From positions 14,092 through 78,091 of the forward strand of contig CAYXYB010000008.1 of NCBI GenBank assembly GCA_964469215.1: DNA of 64,000 nucleotides, in the 5' to 3' direction. This DNA comes from an uncultured Lentimicrobiaceae bacterium. GTDB taxonomy: Bacteria > Bacteroidota > Bacteroidia > Bacteroidales > SKPS01. Below the pieces are notes generated by a model, which saw nothing but the letters and a program-made list of their open reading frames with translations, did not search any database and was not told the DNA's origin. This document shows positions 19,266 through 29,119 of this stretch, in pieces; the first letter of the stretch is position 1, and every line of letters starts with the position of its first letter. Position numbers and translations under genes: made by a program.

Positions 19266-22184
19266 ATGATAAACAAGGTAATTTCTTTCGTTTTATTTAC
19301 TTCCCTTCTTGTTTCACCTCTTGTTAACAATGCTCAGTATGATGAAACAGGTAACCTTATAACCATTACTGCCGACAACAGTTCTCCGCTTGTTTACAGG
19401 CTTCCGAACGGACTCACGGTGATTCTTTATTCCGACAACACACAGCCACATGTAACCGGTATGGTAGTAGCACTTGCAGGGGGAAAAAACGACCCGCCCG
19501 ATGCCACCGGTCTTGCCCATTACATGGAGCACATGCTTTTTAAGGGCACTACCAAGCTGGGTACTACAAACTGGGTAAACGAGTCGAAGCATATAGACAG
19601 GATATTCACCCTTTATGACAGCCTTGGGATGACAAAAGACCCTGCTGAGCGCAAAAGGATACAGCAACTTATCAACGAAGAGTCGCTGCAGGCAAATGAA
19701 TATGCAATACCCAACGAGCTTGACAAGATACTTAAGGAGATTGGTTCTACCGGCATCAATGCCGGAACAGGACCCGATCATACGGTATATTACAACATAT
19801 TTCCCCGTAATCAGATCGAAAGATGGCTCGAAATTTATAGTCACAGGTTTATGTTTCCTGTCTTCAGATCTTTCCAGGCTGAACTTGAGGTTGTTTACGA
19901 AGAGAAGAACATGTATTCCGACATGTTCGCCTTTGGCCTTTTTGAGGAATTCAACAAAAGTTTTTACAAAGTGCATCCATACGGGCAACAGCCGCTTGTT
20001 GGCACAATTGATCATCTCAAGAACCCATCGCTAACAAAAATGAAGCAGTTTTACGAGCAGTGGTATGTTGCAAACAATATGGCCCTGATCATGACGGGTG
20101 ATTTTGATATCAGTGAAATCCTTCCATTGATACAGCAGTCGTTTGGAGCACTCCAGACGGGCCCGGTGCCGGAAAAGGTGACCTGGGTTGAGAACCCTTT
20201 CAACGGAAGGGAGTATGTTGAAAAGAAACTTTCACCAATAAAAATCGGATTGCTGGGTTACAGGATCCCCCCCAACGGACATCCCGATAAACTCTTGTTT
20301 GAGGTGGTCTCCGGAATGCTCAATAACTCAAATCAGACAGGTTTGTTCGATAAGCTTACCCTGGAAAACAAACTGCTTGGTGCAGCCGCACAGAATGTCC
20401 ATTACGGAGATTACGGAACGGGTATGATAATCTTCGTCCCAAAGGTGGCAGGGCAATCCCTGAGCCAGGCAGAACAGCTGATTCTGGATCAGATCGACCG
20501 GCTAAGAAAAGGGAATTTCAGTGATACACTTTTTGAATCTGTGAAGCTTAACCTCTACAGAGACAAGGTTATGGCCCTCGAATCATCAACAAACCTGGCC
20601 TATGCTTTCCTTGATGCATTTGCCAGCGGAACCAACCCTGCTGAGGTATGGAACTGGCCACAAAGGGTAAGGGATGTTTCAAGAGAAGATGTGATAAGGG
20701 CAGCTAATCAATACTTTGGCGACAACTTCCTGGCGTTTCATTCAAAAATGGGGGTTCCCAAAAAAGAGAAGATAGAAAAGCCCGGTTATGAACCTGTGGT
20801 GAAAAAGCAGGATGAAGAATCGGACTATTACCGGATGATCAATGAGTTGCCGGAAAGAGAGCCGGAATTCAGGTTCGTTGATTTCGACTCCGATATTCAG
20901 AAATTGTTAACTGATAAAGGGGTTAATATCTATAAGGTTGATAATCCCAAAAACGACATATTTACATTGAATGTAAGATATGGTATCGGAGAGGGCAGGA
21001 TGCCGGTGCTGAAATATGTGTCGGGGATGATGAACCTCAGCGGTGCAGCAGGTATGAGCAATGATGAGTTTTCGCTCAGGATGGCAATGCTTGGATGCAC
21101 TTATCATATCTGGAGTGATGACAGCTATCTCACAATAAGCCTCACCGGCCTTGAAGAAAATCTGGAAGAGGCTCTCATACTCCTGAACCAGCTTGTTCAG
21201 TCTCCGAATCTGGAACAGAGTAAATTGAAAACACTTTATTCAGGCGAGAAGGCATCAAGGAAGATGGAACGCAAAGAGCCCGATATGTTAGCTGATGCCC
21301 TCTATGAATATGTTCTTTATGGGCAGAACTCATCATACCTCGACAGGCTGACCATGAAGCAGTTAAAGAAGCTGAAAGCCGACACGCTGGTTGCAGCCTT
21401 TAAGGTAGCCGTTGGTTACGCTCCTGATATTCACTATGCCGGCAGAAGGTCAGCAGATGAAATTACTGAACTCTTTGTGCGGGCATATACCCTCCCCCTT
21501 GAAATGAAACAGAGCACAGCCCCCTTTTACAGGGTGCCCGGAGTTTTCCTGGTGAACGAAGTTTATGTGACCCCAAAGAAAAAAGCAGTGCAAAGCAAGG
21601 TGTTTTTTCATGCTACCCTTATGGATTTTAATCCCGGCAACATAGGACTTTATAATGCTTTTAACACCTATTTCGGAGGCGGTTTTTCGGGAATTGTGCT
21701 TCAGGAAATCCGCGAGTACCGTTCCATGGCCTATGCGGCAGGAGCATCACTGGTTCAGCCACCTGTAAACTCCCAGCGGGTAAGGTTCAGCGGGTATGTG
21801 GGAACCCAGGCCGACAAAACAAACGAAGCCGTTGATGTTTTTGTTGACCTGATGAGGACAATGCCACAAAAACCTGAAAGGATGAACATGATTAAAAGGT
21901 ATATTGTTTCTGCAGCGGCAACCTCAAGACCCGGTTTCAGAAGCCTGTCGCAGTCTTATGTTGCCTGGAAACACAAAGGTTTCGACAGGGATCCGTCATC
22001 CATACTCCTCGAAAATGTTCCGGCACTTACTCCTTATGACCTGTTTGACCTGCAGAAGCAATACCTGGCAAATACGCCGGTTACCATTATAATAGCGGGT
22101 AATACCAAAAAATTCAGTCTTAAGGATCTCGAGAAACATGGTAAGGTTCACATTATAAAAGAGAAGAAACTCTTTTCTAAATAA
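19266..22184 (+). CDS. M16-family (pitrilysin/insulinase-like) zinc peptidase, double-length
   Basis: Inverted zinc motif HYMEHMLFKGT (HxxEH), signal peptide; 972 aa. Confidence 0.85.
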   Translation: MINKVISFVLFTSLLVSPLVNNAQYDETGNLITITADNSSPLVYRLPNGLTVILYSDNTQPHVTGMVVALAGGKNDPPDATGLAHYMEHMLFKGTTKLGTTNWVNESKHIDRIFTLYDSLGMTKDPAERKRIQQLINEESLQANEYAIPNELDKILKEIGSTGINAGTGPDHTVYYNIFPRNQIERWLEIYSHRFMFPVFRSFQAELEVVYEEKNMYSDMFAFGLFEEFNKSFYKVHPYGQQPLVGTIDHLKNPSLTKMKQFYEQWYVANNMALIMTGDFDISEILPLIQQSFGALQTGPVPEKVTWVENPFNGREYVEKKLSPIKIGLLGYRIPPNGHPDKLLFEVVSGMLNNSNQTGLFDKLTLENKLLGAAAQNVHYGDYGTGMIIFVPKVAGQSLSQAEQLILDQIDRLRKGNFSDTLFESVKLNLYRDKVMALESSTNLAYAFLDAFASGTNPAEVWNWPQRVRDVSREDVIRAANQYFGDNFLAFHSKMGVPKKEKIEKPGYEPVVKKQDEESDYYRMINELPEREPEFRFVDFDSDIQKLLTDKGVNIYKVDNPKNDIFTLNVRYGIGEGRMPVLKYVSGMMNLSGAAGMSNDEFSLRMAMLGCTYHIWSDDSYLTISLTGLEENLEEALILLNQLVQSPNLEQSKLKTLYSGEKASRKMERKEPDMLADALYEYVLYGQNSSYLDRLTMKQLKKLKADTLVAAFKVAVGYAPDIHYAGRRSADEITELFVRAYTLPLEMKQSTAPFYRVPGVFLVNEVYVTPKKKAVQSKVFFHATLMDFNPGNIGLYNAFNTYFGGGFSGIVLQEIREYRSMAYAAGASLVQPPVNSQRVRFSGYVGTQADKTNEAVDVFVDLMRTMPQKPERMNMIKRYIVSAAATSRPGFRSLSQSYVAWKHKGFDRDPSSILLENVPALTPYDLFDLQKQYLANTPVTIIIAGNTKKFSLKDLEKHGKVHIIKEKKLFSK

Positions 22185-22213
22185 GAACAAGCATATTTAC
22201 AAAGCATTATATT

Positions 22214-22243
22214 AGCCGGCTGAAAAAAGCCGGCTTTTTTTTT
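22214..22243 (+). terminator. Rho-independent terminator
   Basis: AGCCGGC TGAAAAA AGCCGGCT hairpin followed by a 9-T run. Confidence 0.85.
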
Positions 22244-22434
22244 CCGTTTTTCAATCTTCGGGCAAATATACTGCTGAACAAATCCTGCCGTGTGGCCGGA
22301 TATAAAAGCGGAGGTGAATGATGAAGAGAGAAAAACGACATTGCCGGGTGGCCAGGAGTCATCCATTGACCGACCTGGAAGCGATAGAGGATGATCTGCT
22401 GGGTTTTGAGGTTTATGACGATCAGCGGTTGCTG

Positions 22435-25400
22435 ATGAGGAAGATGCAGAAGTTGCAGCGGTTAAAATCGTATATGCATTTCCTGCTAATGATGGTTGTT
22501 GTAGCAACCTGTTCCGGGGTGTTCGGATTAAGAAGCGGCATATCCCAGACAACAGCAAACAGTTTTGCCCATCCTTTCAGCAATCTTGACCCTGCACTTA
22601 CCCCTTCGGGGATACTGCACAACAGAAGCCCGTGGTATCACAGATGTTTTGTTTACGACACCCTATCAAACACCATGGTTCTGAACCCTGATTGGAAAGC
22701 ATCCCCTTATCTTTTCGAGGGCGGGCAGATCTCCATGAAGCCCGAAACCTTTGTGCAGTTATACCAGGATATGCTTGCGGCACAGATCAACGATTCTGTG
22801 CTGATAAACCCTACCCAGTACAGGGCTGCATGGGAACATAATATGGAAAACAGCGACCTTTTCCTGAGCCTTATGGCAATAGAATTTGAACGGTTGCCGG
22901 AAGATGCGTTACTCGGTGGCAGAGTCTGGTTTGATACACTTACCGGCCAGTTTGGAGCATATCCCGACACACTCTGGCTACCCGACACCCTTATTACGGA
23001 CGACACAACAATTGTTGCCGACACAACATATTTTGTCGACATTAACAATTCCGACTCGTTGTTATCAATCTCTCTCAGCAAGCATCTTCTTTTCGGATCA
23101 AGAATTTCAAAGGATTTTATCTTTGTGAAGGATACTTCAATAACAATAAGGTTTTGTGTGCCGTCATCTCTGTTTGTCTCCAACATTGATACCCTGGTAG
23201 GGATAAGTATTGATTTCGATGACAGTGGTGGCTTCAGAAATGTACCCTGGGATACAACTCTGTTGATCACCTATAATTTTCTACAGAGCCCTAAAATTCA
23301 GACAAAACAAATTAAGGTTAAGCTACCATTTATTAACTACGATCTGCTTCTGATGCATACTCTGAAGTTTGTTGTCAACACCATTAACGCAGATACCGTA
23401 ATAATAACTGATTCACTGCCATACCTATGCCAGCCTCTTACAGGTTCAACCGCTGCAGAGGGAAAGATAAGCATCCTCTTTTCAAGTCCTGCGGAGAATA
23501 AACTTATTAAACCTGTTCTGTTTGTCGAGGGATTTGAAACAGCCACTCAACCTTACGGAGACATTAATTTTCAGAATGTTGTCAACAAGGTTATGCCTGA
23601 GATCGGCTTTGGTGAACTTGAAGAATTACCGCTGTTTTTCAACACACTTCTTCAGAACGGTTACGACCTTGTTTATCTCGATTTTAAAAATGCACGTGAT
23701 TCGCTCGACTGCAATATGCTTGCAGTCTATAAAACCATACAATGGATCAATGATCAGCTTTTTATCAACGGTTCGCAGGAAAAACTTGTTGTAGCAGCAG
23801 CCAGCATGGGGGGAATACTGGCCCGGTACGCCCTTCGAAAAATGGAACTCGATGGATGCTGCCACAATACACGTCTTTACATATCATTCGATGCACCTCA
23901 TTTGGGAGCAAATATCCCTATTGGGTTACAGCATCTGGTTAAACAGGCTGCAATGGTTACTCAATCATGGAATGGTTCATCTGGAATTATTAAATGGCTG
24001 GAGGATCTTGAAATGATTGAAGTTGACCTCAGAAATCCTAAAATGACAGGATTGTTTGAAAATGTACTTAACAGCCCTGCAGCACGTGCAATGCTTATTC
24101 AGCACGTTGACCCCGATGCCATGATTTTTCATAAGAGCTTTTATGCAATGCTCGATAGTATTGGTTATCCAAAGTATTGCAGAAATATCGCCCTTATCAA
24201 CGGAAGTGAAAACGGCGTGCTTCATAAGCTCGAAGACTCCGGTAACAGGCTTATCGGAACAGGTAAACAACTGAGGGTTCCGTACGAATGGCAATTGAAA
24301 GGCCCCGGACTCAACGCACCTGATTTATACAACTACTATCCAACAATCATCACCAATCACCATTTTGCATATAGCATGGTAATGGCTGAATCTATGCAGT
24401 ATTTTTATGTAAGCAACGATTGGGGAGCTTCTGTTGATAATATCAATTCAAGTATAACCAAGATAATGTGGCATACTTCCCTGAATCATATTTACGGTGG
24501 CCTTGCCCTGGCTGTCGGGCCGGGAGAACCCTTAACCTATTTCTATCTCGACGGATTGATGGCAAAAAATAAGAAAACAGGCAACAACGCTCTGGCAAAA
24601 CTTCTCGTCCCGGGAACCCTGCAGCAAATTTCTTCCACAGGCATTCCACACCTCACAACCGCTCCCGGCGGACTCAATGACGCCCTTAAAAAACTGGGTG
24701 ATGCTGCCAATGAATATATCAATGTCTATTCGAAAAAATTCTCGTTCGTCCCTTCCGTGAGCGCTCTCGGAGTTAAAAATGTGCCTCTGGATGAGAATTT
24801 GAAAACCTCTTATGTTAGCGGTCAATTAAACGGGGTTCCATTTGACGCTTATTGGGCACCAGCTAGAAATGGGGAATCAGATACGATTAACAATCAAATG
24901 CATGTTCAAATTACTGAATTTAATAGGGAATGGCTGCTTCAACACATAAGTCACGATTGGGAACTTGGCACAAATAACCAAAGGTATTTTGGTGTTTTAA
25001 GTAGCTCTTACAATTATGGGAAACCAACTGCTAACAATGATATTAATTACTTTAATCAGCCTCATGAAAGGATTTTATACAGCCTTGATATTGTACAGGG
25101 AGGAGTTCTGCATGTGAACCGGCAGGCTGAGATTGGTTTTCAGGGTAGTATGCTATTTCCGAAACCGCATGGCTCCTTTCACCTTGATACCGATGGAAAC
25201 CCCTGTGATCCGTCACACGTCAGGGTGATGCAGGGGGGCGAAATGGTGCTTGGTGATCCCCTTAACTATAACACAGCTACTGTTGATTTCAACCCTAATT
25301 CCATCCTGGAGCTCTTTCCGGGATCAAAACTCACCCTGCATCACGATAGCAGACTGATCATTGCTGAAGGGGCTACCTTTATTGTCCATCCGGGGGCGGA

Positions 25401-27486
25401 AATAGTGCTGGTTAACACAGGTTCCGTGCTCGAGATGAAGGGGAGGCTGGTGCTGACAGACAATACTCACCTCTCCGTGTCGGGTCTGGGTTACCTCTGC
25501 TTCAACACCCCCATGACAGCAGCAACTCATCAGCTCTATTTCGTTGCCGGAACAGGCTCATCCATTGACATAAAAGGGGGTGGCAAGTGCGACAGGAAAT
25601 TGGATATCGCCTCAGATACCTGGTTCCCCGGTTACCTGCCGGTCACTATCACCGATGCAATGGTAACCATCGCCGAAGGGCGATCGCTGGCATTTACAGG
25701 GCCTGTCCAACTCAATAACCTTTGGGTAAGGCCAGTAGATACCACATCATTCTATGAAGCTTTGGTTCTGTACGGTCAGCCGGATGTATCGGTTACCGAC
25801 TGTATCTTCTCACACGGATATTACGGTGTACGGGCAAACCTGGCAATTGGTGGCACCCCGCTTGCAATTGAAGATTGCGTGTTCAGAGGCAATTTCCACG
25901 GCTTATACACAATAGATGAAAGGGTTAGGCTAATCAGATGCACCCTGAACAATAATATTCTTACAGGGTGGCTGGCAGAAAACATGGCAGGTCAATCTGT
26001 CACTGAAAACTCGGGTTTCAGCATGAACGGACAAGCGGGGATCCGTTTTTCAGGACAGGTAAACGCTTCGCTTATTTTAAGCAATTCCGTCATAGAACAG
26101 AATCTCAATGGCGTCCATATATCCGATGGACTACTTCAGGCTGCATGCTCACGAATTGCATACAACAGCTATGCAGGGATAATGGCAGGTAAAAACGCAA
26201 GGTTGAAATTTGGCTTGTCAACGCGCAACCACATCGTAGACAATTATATCGGAATCGCATTGAACAAGGCACTTGAACTTGATATAATGAACGGGTATCA
26301 AAAATTCTCGGGGAATGACTTCTATATAATAGGCGAGCTTCTGCCCAATCTGTACCTTAACATTCAGCAGAACACCCTAATACCTGTTAACCTATCGGGG
26401 AACCACATGCCTGTTATCAATAACGCAATACCTGTGAATATCTATATAGAGCATCCGGTTATGCTCACAACCATGACTCTCCCAATTATTTTCACCAACA
26501 ATATAAACCATTTCTTTACCAACTGCATTCAGACTCCCAATATCAATGAGCATCTCCTTGCCCCTATTACAGGCATAGCAGGAGCTTCTGTTGTTCCTGG
26601 CGGCAGGTATACCAATTATTTCTTTGCTGATGCCCTTTATCAGGCGGCAATGAACCTGAGTTGCGATGGTTATCCCGGTAACGACACACTTGCGATATCA
26701 GCTCTGGCTGATCTTCTTAATAATCTGCCGGTTCTGATGAATGATGCCGAGAGGGAAGGGGTGGATTACGGGTTGCAGCTTATGACAACAGCTCTCGGTA
26801 ATGCAATCGCCGGAGGACAGATTGATCCAAACAGAGGTATCGAAGGGGTGAACCCGGATGAATATGTAGCGATGATCATGGAGAGGATACAGGAGAGTTT
26901 CGACAATGTTGACCCTCAAAATATTTTTGCAGAAGAGCAGGAGGCGCGATATGCACTTATGATGGCTCAGATGTTCAGAGTGGCAGAGCACTATGACTAT
27001 GCTCTGGAGTTACTTGAGGATGGGTCGTTGTTTGAAGGAACCACATACGGTGATGATGCCGCATACTGGGGTTGTGTATGCAGGGCAGAAGAGCTGATGG
27101 TGCGTGACAGTATTGACAGGATAGCATACAGGAACAAACTCGATTCGTGCAGCCTCTATCTCAGCATTGCCAGAATACTCCCATTCATGCCGTTTTTTGG
27201 AGAAACAAACCTGGATAACCTTCAGCAATCTGCACCTCTTGTAGAAAATATATTTCCGAATCCTGCCACCAGGCGGATTGTGGTTGAACTCAGCCGGAAC
27301 GCCACCATAACCCATACAGAGCTTTACGACATGTCGGGCAGAGTGCTCTTCGAAAGTAAGCCCCTGGAAAGTGTAAAGGAATTTGTCATTGACCTTCCCG
27401 ATCTCCATCTTGGTGCATATACGCTGAAAGTGTATGCCGACGGGGAATCCTCCATGCACAAACTGCTGATATCCGCGAAAAAGTAA
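22435..27486 (+). CDS. Giant secreted T9SS cargo protein with a lipase-like alpha/beta-hydrolase region and a parallel beta-helix region
   Basis: Probable start is M40, M43 or M53 of the listed ORF (22435-22474), giving a charged n-region plus the hydrophobic core HFLLMMVVVATCSG. Nucleophile-elbow-like AAASMGG has its Ser codon at 23803-23805, followed by FDAPHLGA. Repetitive N/G-rich beta-helix turns lie at about 25700-26300. T9SS CTD is NIFPNPATRRIVVEL...YTLKVYADGE. Confidence 0.8.
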   Translation: MRKMQKLQRLKSYMHFLLMMVVVATCSGVFGLRSGISQTTANSFAHPFSNLDPALTPSGILHNRSPWYHRCFVYDTLSNTMVLNPDWKASPYLFEGGQISMKPETFVQLYQDMLAAQINDSVLINPTQYRAAWEHNMENSDLFLSLMAIEFERLPEDALLGGRVWFDTLTGQFGAYPDTLWLPDTLITDDTTIVADTTYFVDINNSDSLLSISLSKHLLFGSRISKDFIFVKDTSITIRFCVPSSLFVSNIDTLVGISIDFDDSGGFRNVPWDTTLLITYNFLQSPKIQTKQIKVKLPFINYDLLLMHTLKFVVNTINADTVIITDSLPYLCQPLTGSTAAEGKISILFSSPAENKLIKPVLFVEGFETATQPYGDINFQNVVNKVMPEIGFGELEELPLFFNTLLQNGYDLVYLDFKNARDSLDCNMLAVYKTIQWINDQLFINGSQEKLVVAAASMGGILARYALRKMELDGCCHNTRLYISFDAPHLGANIPIGLQHLVKQAAMVTQSWNGSSGIIKWLEDLEMIEVDLRNPKMTGLFENVLNSPAARAMLIQHVDPDAMIFHKSFYAMLDSIGYPKYCRNIALINGSENGVLHKLEDSGNRLIGTGKQLRVPYEWQLKGPGLNAPDLYNYYPTIITNHHFAYSMVMAESMQYFYVSNDWGASVDNINSSITKIMWHTSLNHIYGGLALAVGPGEPLTYFYLDGLMAKNKKTGNNALAKLLVPGTLQQISSTGIPHLTTAPGGLNDALKKLGDAANEYINVYSKKFSFVPSVSALGVKNVPLDENLKTSYVSGQLNGVPFDAYWAPARNGESDTINNQMHVQITEFNREWLLQHISHDWELGTNNQRYFGVLSSSYNYGKPTANNDINYFNQPHERILYSLDIVQGGVLHVNRQAEIGFQGSMLFPKPHGSFHLDTDGNPCDPSHVRVMQGGEMVLGDPLNYNTATVDFNPNSILELFPGSKLTLHHDSRLIIAEGATFIVHPGAEIVLVNTGSVLEMKGRLVLTDNTHLSVSGLGYLCFNTPMTAATHQLYFVAGTGSSIDIKGGGKCDRKLDIASDTWFPGYLPVTITDAMVTIAEGRSLAFTGPVQLNNLWVRPVDTTSFYEALVLYGQPDVSVTDCIFSHGYYGVRANLAIGGTPLAIEDCVFRGNFHGLYTIDERVRLIRCTLNNNILTGWLAENMAGQSVTENSGFSMNGQAGIRFSGQVNASLILSNSVIEQNLNGVHISDGLLQAACSRIAYNSYAGIMAGKNARLKFGLSTRNHIVDNYIGIALNKALELDIMNGYQKFSGNDFYIIGELLPNLYLNIQQNTLIPVNLSGNHMPVINNAIPVNIYIEHPVMLTTMTLPIIFTNNINHFFTNCIQTPNINEHLLAPITGIAGASVVPGGRYTNYFFADALYQAAMNLSCDGYPGNDTLAISALADLLNNLPVLMNDAEREGVDYGLQLMTTALGNAIAGGQIDPNRGIEGVNPDEYVAMIMERIQESFDNVDPQNIFAEEQEARYALMMAQMFRVAEHYDYALELLEDGSLFEGTTYGDDAAYWGCVCRAEELMVRDSIDRIAYRNKLDSCSLYLSIARILPFMPFFGETNLDNLQQSAPLVENIFPNPATRRIVVELSRNATITHTELYDMSGRVLFESKPLESVKEFVIDLPDLHLGAYTLKVYADGESSMHKLLISAKK

Positions 27487-27496
27487 AAAAAAAACC

Positions 27497-27535
27497 GGGG
27501 CGGGTATTGCATTGCCCGCCCCCTTATATTATTTT
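27497..27535 (+). terminator. Rho-independent terminator
   Basis: GGGGCGGG (27497-27504) / CCCGCCCC (27515-27522) GC-rich hairpin, preceded by an A-run and followed by a T-rich tract. Confidence 0.8.
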
Positions 27536-27553
27536 TAACAAAAGTTTCTTTCA

Positions 27554-28225
27554 ATGAAAACAATATTCACAATTTTGCTTGCATTGATGGTAGTTGCCCT
27601 CTCGTGTCGCAAGGATGAGGATTATCCTGACACAATGATGTGTGAGATTATCGGTCAGGTTCAGGTAAGGGATCTGAACATCCCGGCATACATCGACCCG
27701 CAAAACCGGCCAACGGTTGTACTGTTGGAGAGGTACTACCATAAACCATGGTCAACTTCCATGATTACTATGCTAAAAACCGTTGTTGATTCCAATGGCT
27801 GGTATATGTTCACTGCAGAGCTGACAAAGGGGGGGGAATACTGCCTCGATATTGGAAGTCACGACACATCAAGATACTTGAATATGGTAAATCCATGGCT
27901 TGAATACAAGCCAAAACAGACGGTACATTACCCGTTGGTTGCCATTTCATGGGCTATTCCAAGGTTTATTAATGATAAGAACCTTCCTGATGACACCTTC
28001 AAATATATTACTGGAATTGGTAATGCACCTTTCATATATCCTATATTAATAGGGCCTGCTGATACAATAATGCCTTGGATTTACAGGACTTGGGGTGGCA
28101 CAAAGGTGGCACAACTGGACCACTATGCATCAGGCTTTCTCACCCGCAACGGCATAGAGCGTGACACAAAGATCTACTATTCTGTCCCGCCGGGTGACAC
28201 CTCGATAATAGAGATCAGGTATTGA
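27554..28225 (+). CDS. Hypothetical lipoprotein
   Basis: MKTIFTILLALMVVALSC lipobox-type signal. No recognisable domain. Confidence 0.65.
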   Translation: MKTIFTILLALMVVALSCRKDEDYPDTMMCEIIGQVQVRDLNIPAYIDPQNRPTVVLLERYYHKPWSTSMITMLKTVVDSNGWYMFTAELTKGGEYCLDIGSHDTSRYLNMVNPWLEYKPKQTVHYPLVAISWAIPRFINDKNLPDDTFKYITGIGNAPFIYPILIGPADTIMPWIYRTWGGTKVAQLDHYASGFLTRNGIERDTKIYYSVPPGDTSIIEIRY

Positions 28226-28258
28226 TTTCGCTTTCCTTTTTTTAATTCATTTTTTCTT

Positions 28259-28266
28259 TACATTTG
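28259..28266 (+). promoter_or_regulatory. TACATTTG box (TAnnTTTG) upstream of the lutA-like gene
   Basis: Exact motif match 19 bp upstream of ATG 28285. Motif only. Confidence 0.3.
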
Positions 28267-28284
28267 ATGCCATAAAAGGGCATC

Positions 28285-29004
28285 ATGCAGATCGAGTTAT
28301 TTATTCCCTGTTTTATTGATCAGTTGTATCCTCAGACAGCTAACAACCTGATGCGGTTGTTGGAACGTCTGGGGCACACGGTGATCTACAACCATGAGCA
28401 GACTTGTTGCGGCCAGATGGCATTCAACAGCGGATACTGGAACGAGGCTAGGGTGCTGGGTGAGAAGCTGGTGAAGGAGCTGTCGGTAAACAGGCCGGTG
28501 GTGGGGCCGTCTGCTTCGTGTATTGGCATGGTGAAAAACTACTACCCCGATTTTTTTTACAACTCCTCTCTTCACCTTCAGTACAAACAGCTTCAGAATC
28601 ATATATACGAGATAAGCGATTTCCTGGTCAATGTTCTTAAAATAAATGATGTAGGTGCTGTTTTCCCTCACCGTGTCACTTACCATGATGCCTGCGCCGC
28701 CTTGCGTGAGTACGGCATAAAGGAGGAGCCCCGTATCCTCCTGTCAAACGTTGCCGGCCTTGAGATTATCGAGATGGAGGAGAGTGAGACCTGCTGCGGG
28801 TTTGGCGGTACCTTTGCCGTGAAAAACGAGCCGATATCTGTTGCAATGGGTCAGCAGAAGCTGGAGTTTGCCATGGCCACAGGTGCCGAGTACATAGTAT
28901 CCACAGAGGCATCATGCCTTTTGCATCTGCAGGGTATCATCAACAGACAGAAGCTGCCGCTGAAAACAATTCACATTGTGGATGTGCTTACCAGTGGCTG
29001 GTAA
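28285..29004 (+). CDS. Cysteine-rich (CCG-domain) Fe-S oxidoreductase subunit, LutA-like
   Basis: FIPCFIDQLYPQ...CCGQMAFNSGY and ...CCGFGGTF, two CCG motifs; 239 aa. Confidence 0.8.
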   Translation: MQIELFIPCFIDQLYPQTANNLMRLLERLGHTVIYNHEQTCCGQMAFNSGYWNEARVLGEKLVKELSVNRPVVGPSASCIGMVKNYYPDFFYNSSLHLQYKQLQNHIYEISDFLVNVLKINDVGAVFPHRVTYHDACAALREYGIKEEPRILLSNVAGLEIIEMEESETCCGFGGTFAVKNEPISVAMGQQKLEFAMATGAEYIVSTEASCLLHLQGIINRQKLPLKTIHIVDVLTSGW

Positions 29005-29119
29005 AAGTGCACCTTTACATTCATTTACATTCTTTTTACAACCTTTCCCGTTTTGGCCGTCTGCTGGCATGCCTTTGGTTTGTGTGTGGGCAACAAACCC
29101 TAATATGGAGGATAGAATC

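Noticed and set aside
19314-20015. 233-aa ORF antisense to the M16 peptidase gene
   Set aside because: The opposite strand encodes a protein with clear M16 motifs over the full span. The antisense translation has no motifs and has the composition expected of a shadow ORF.
22148-22558. 136-aa minus-strand ORF upstream of the giant gene, and the long N-terminal extension of ORF 22318
   Set aside because: The minus ORF runs through a strong plus-strand terminator and has no motifs. The first 39-52 codons of the plus ORF precede a signal-peptide-like segment, so an internal Met (22435-22474) is the more plausible start.
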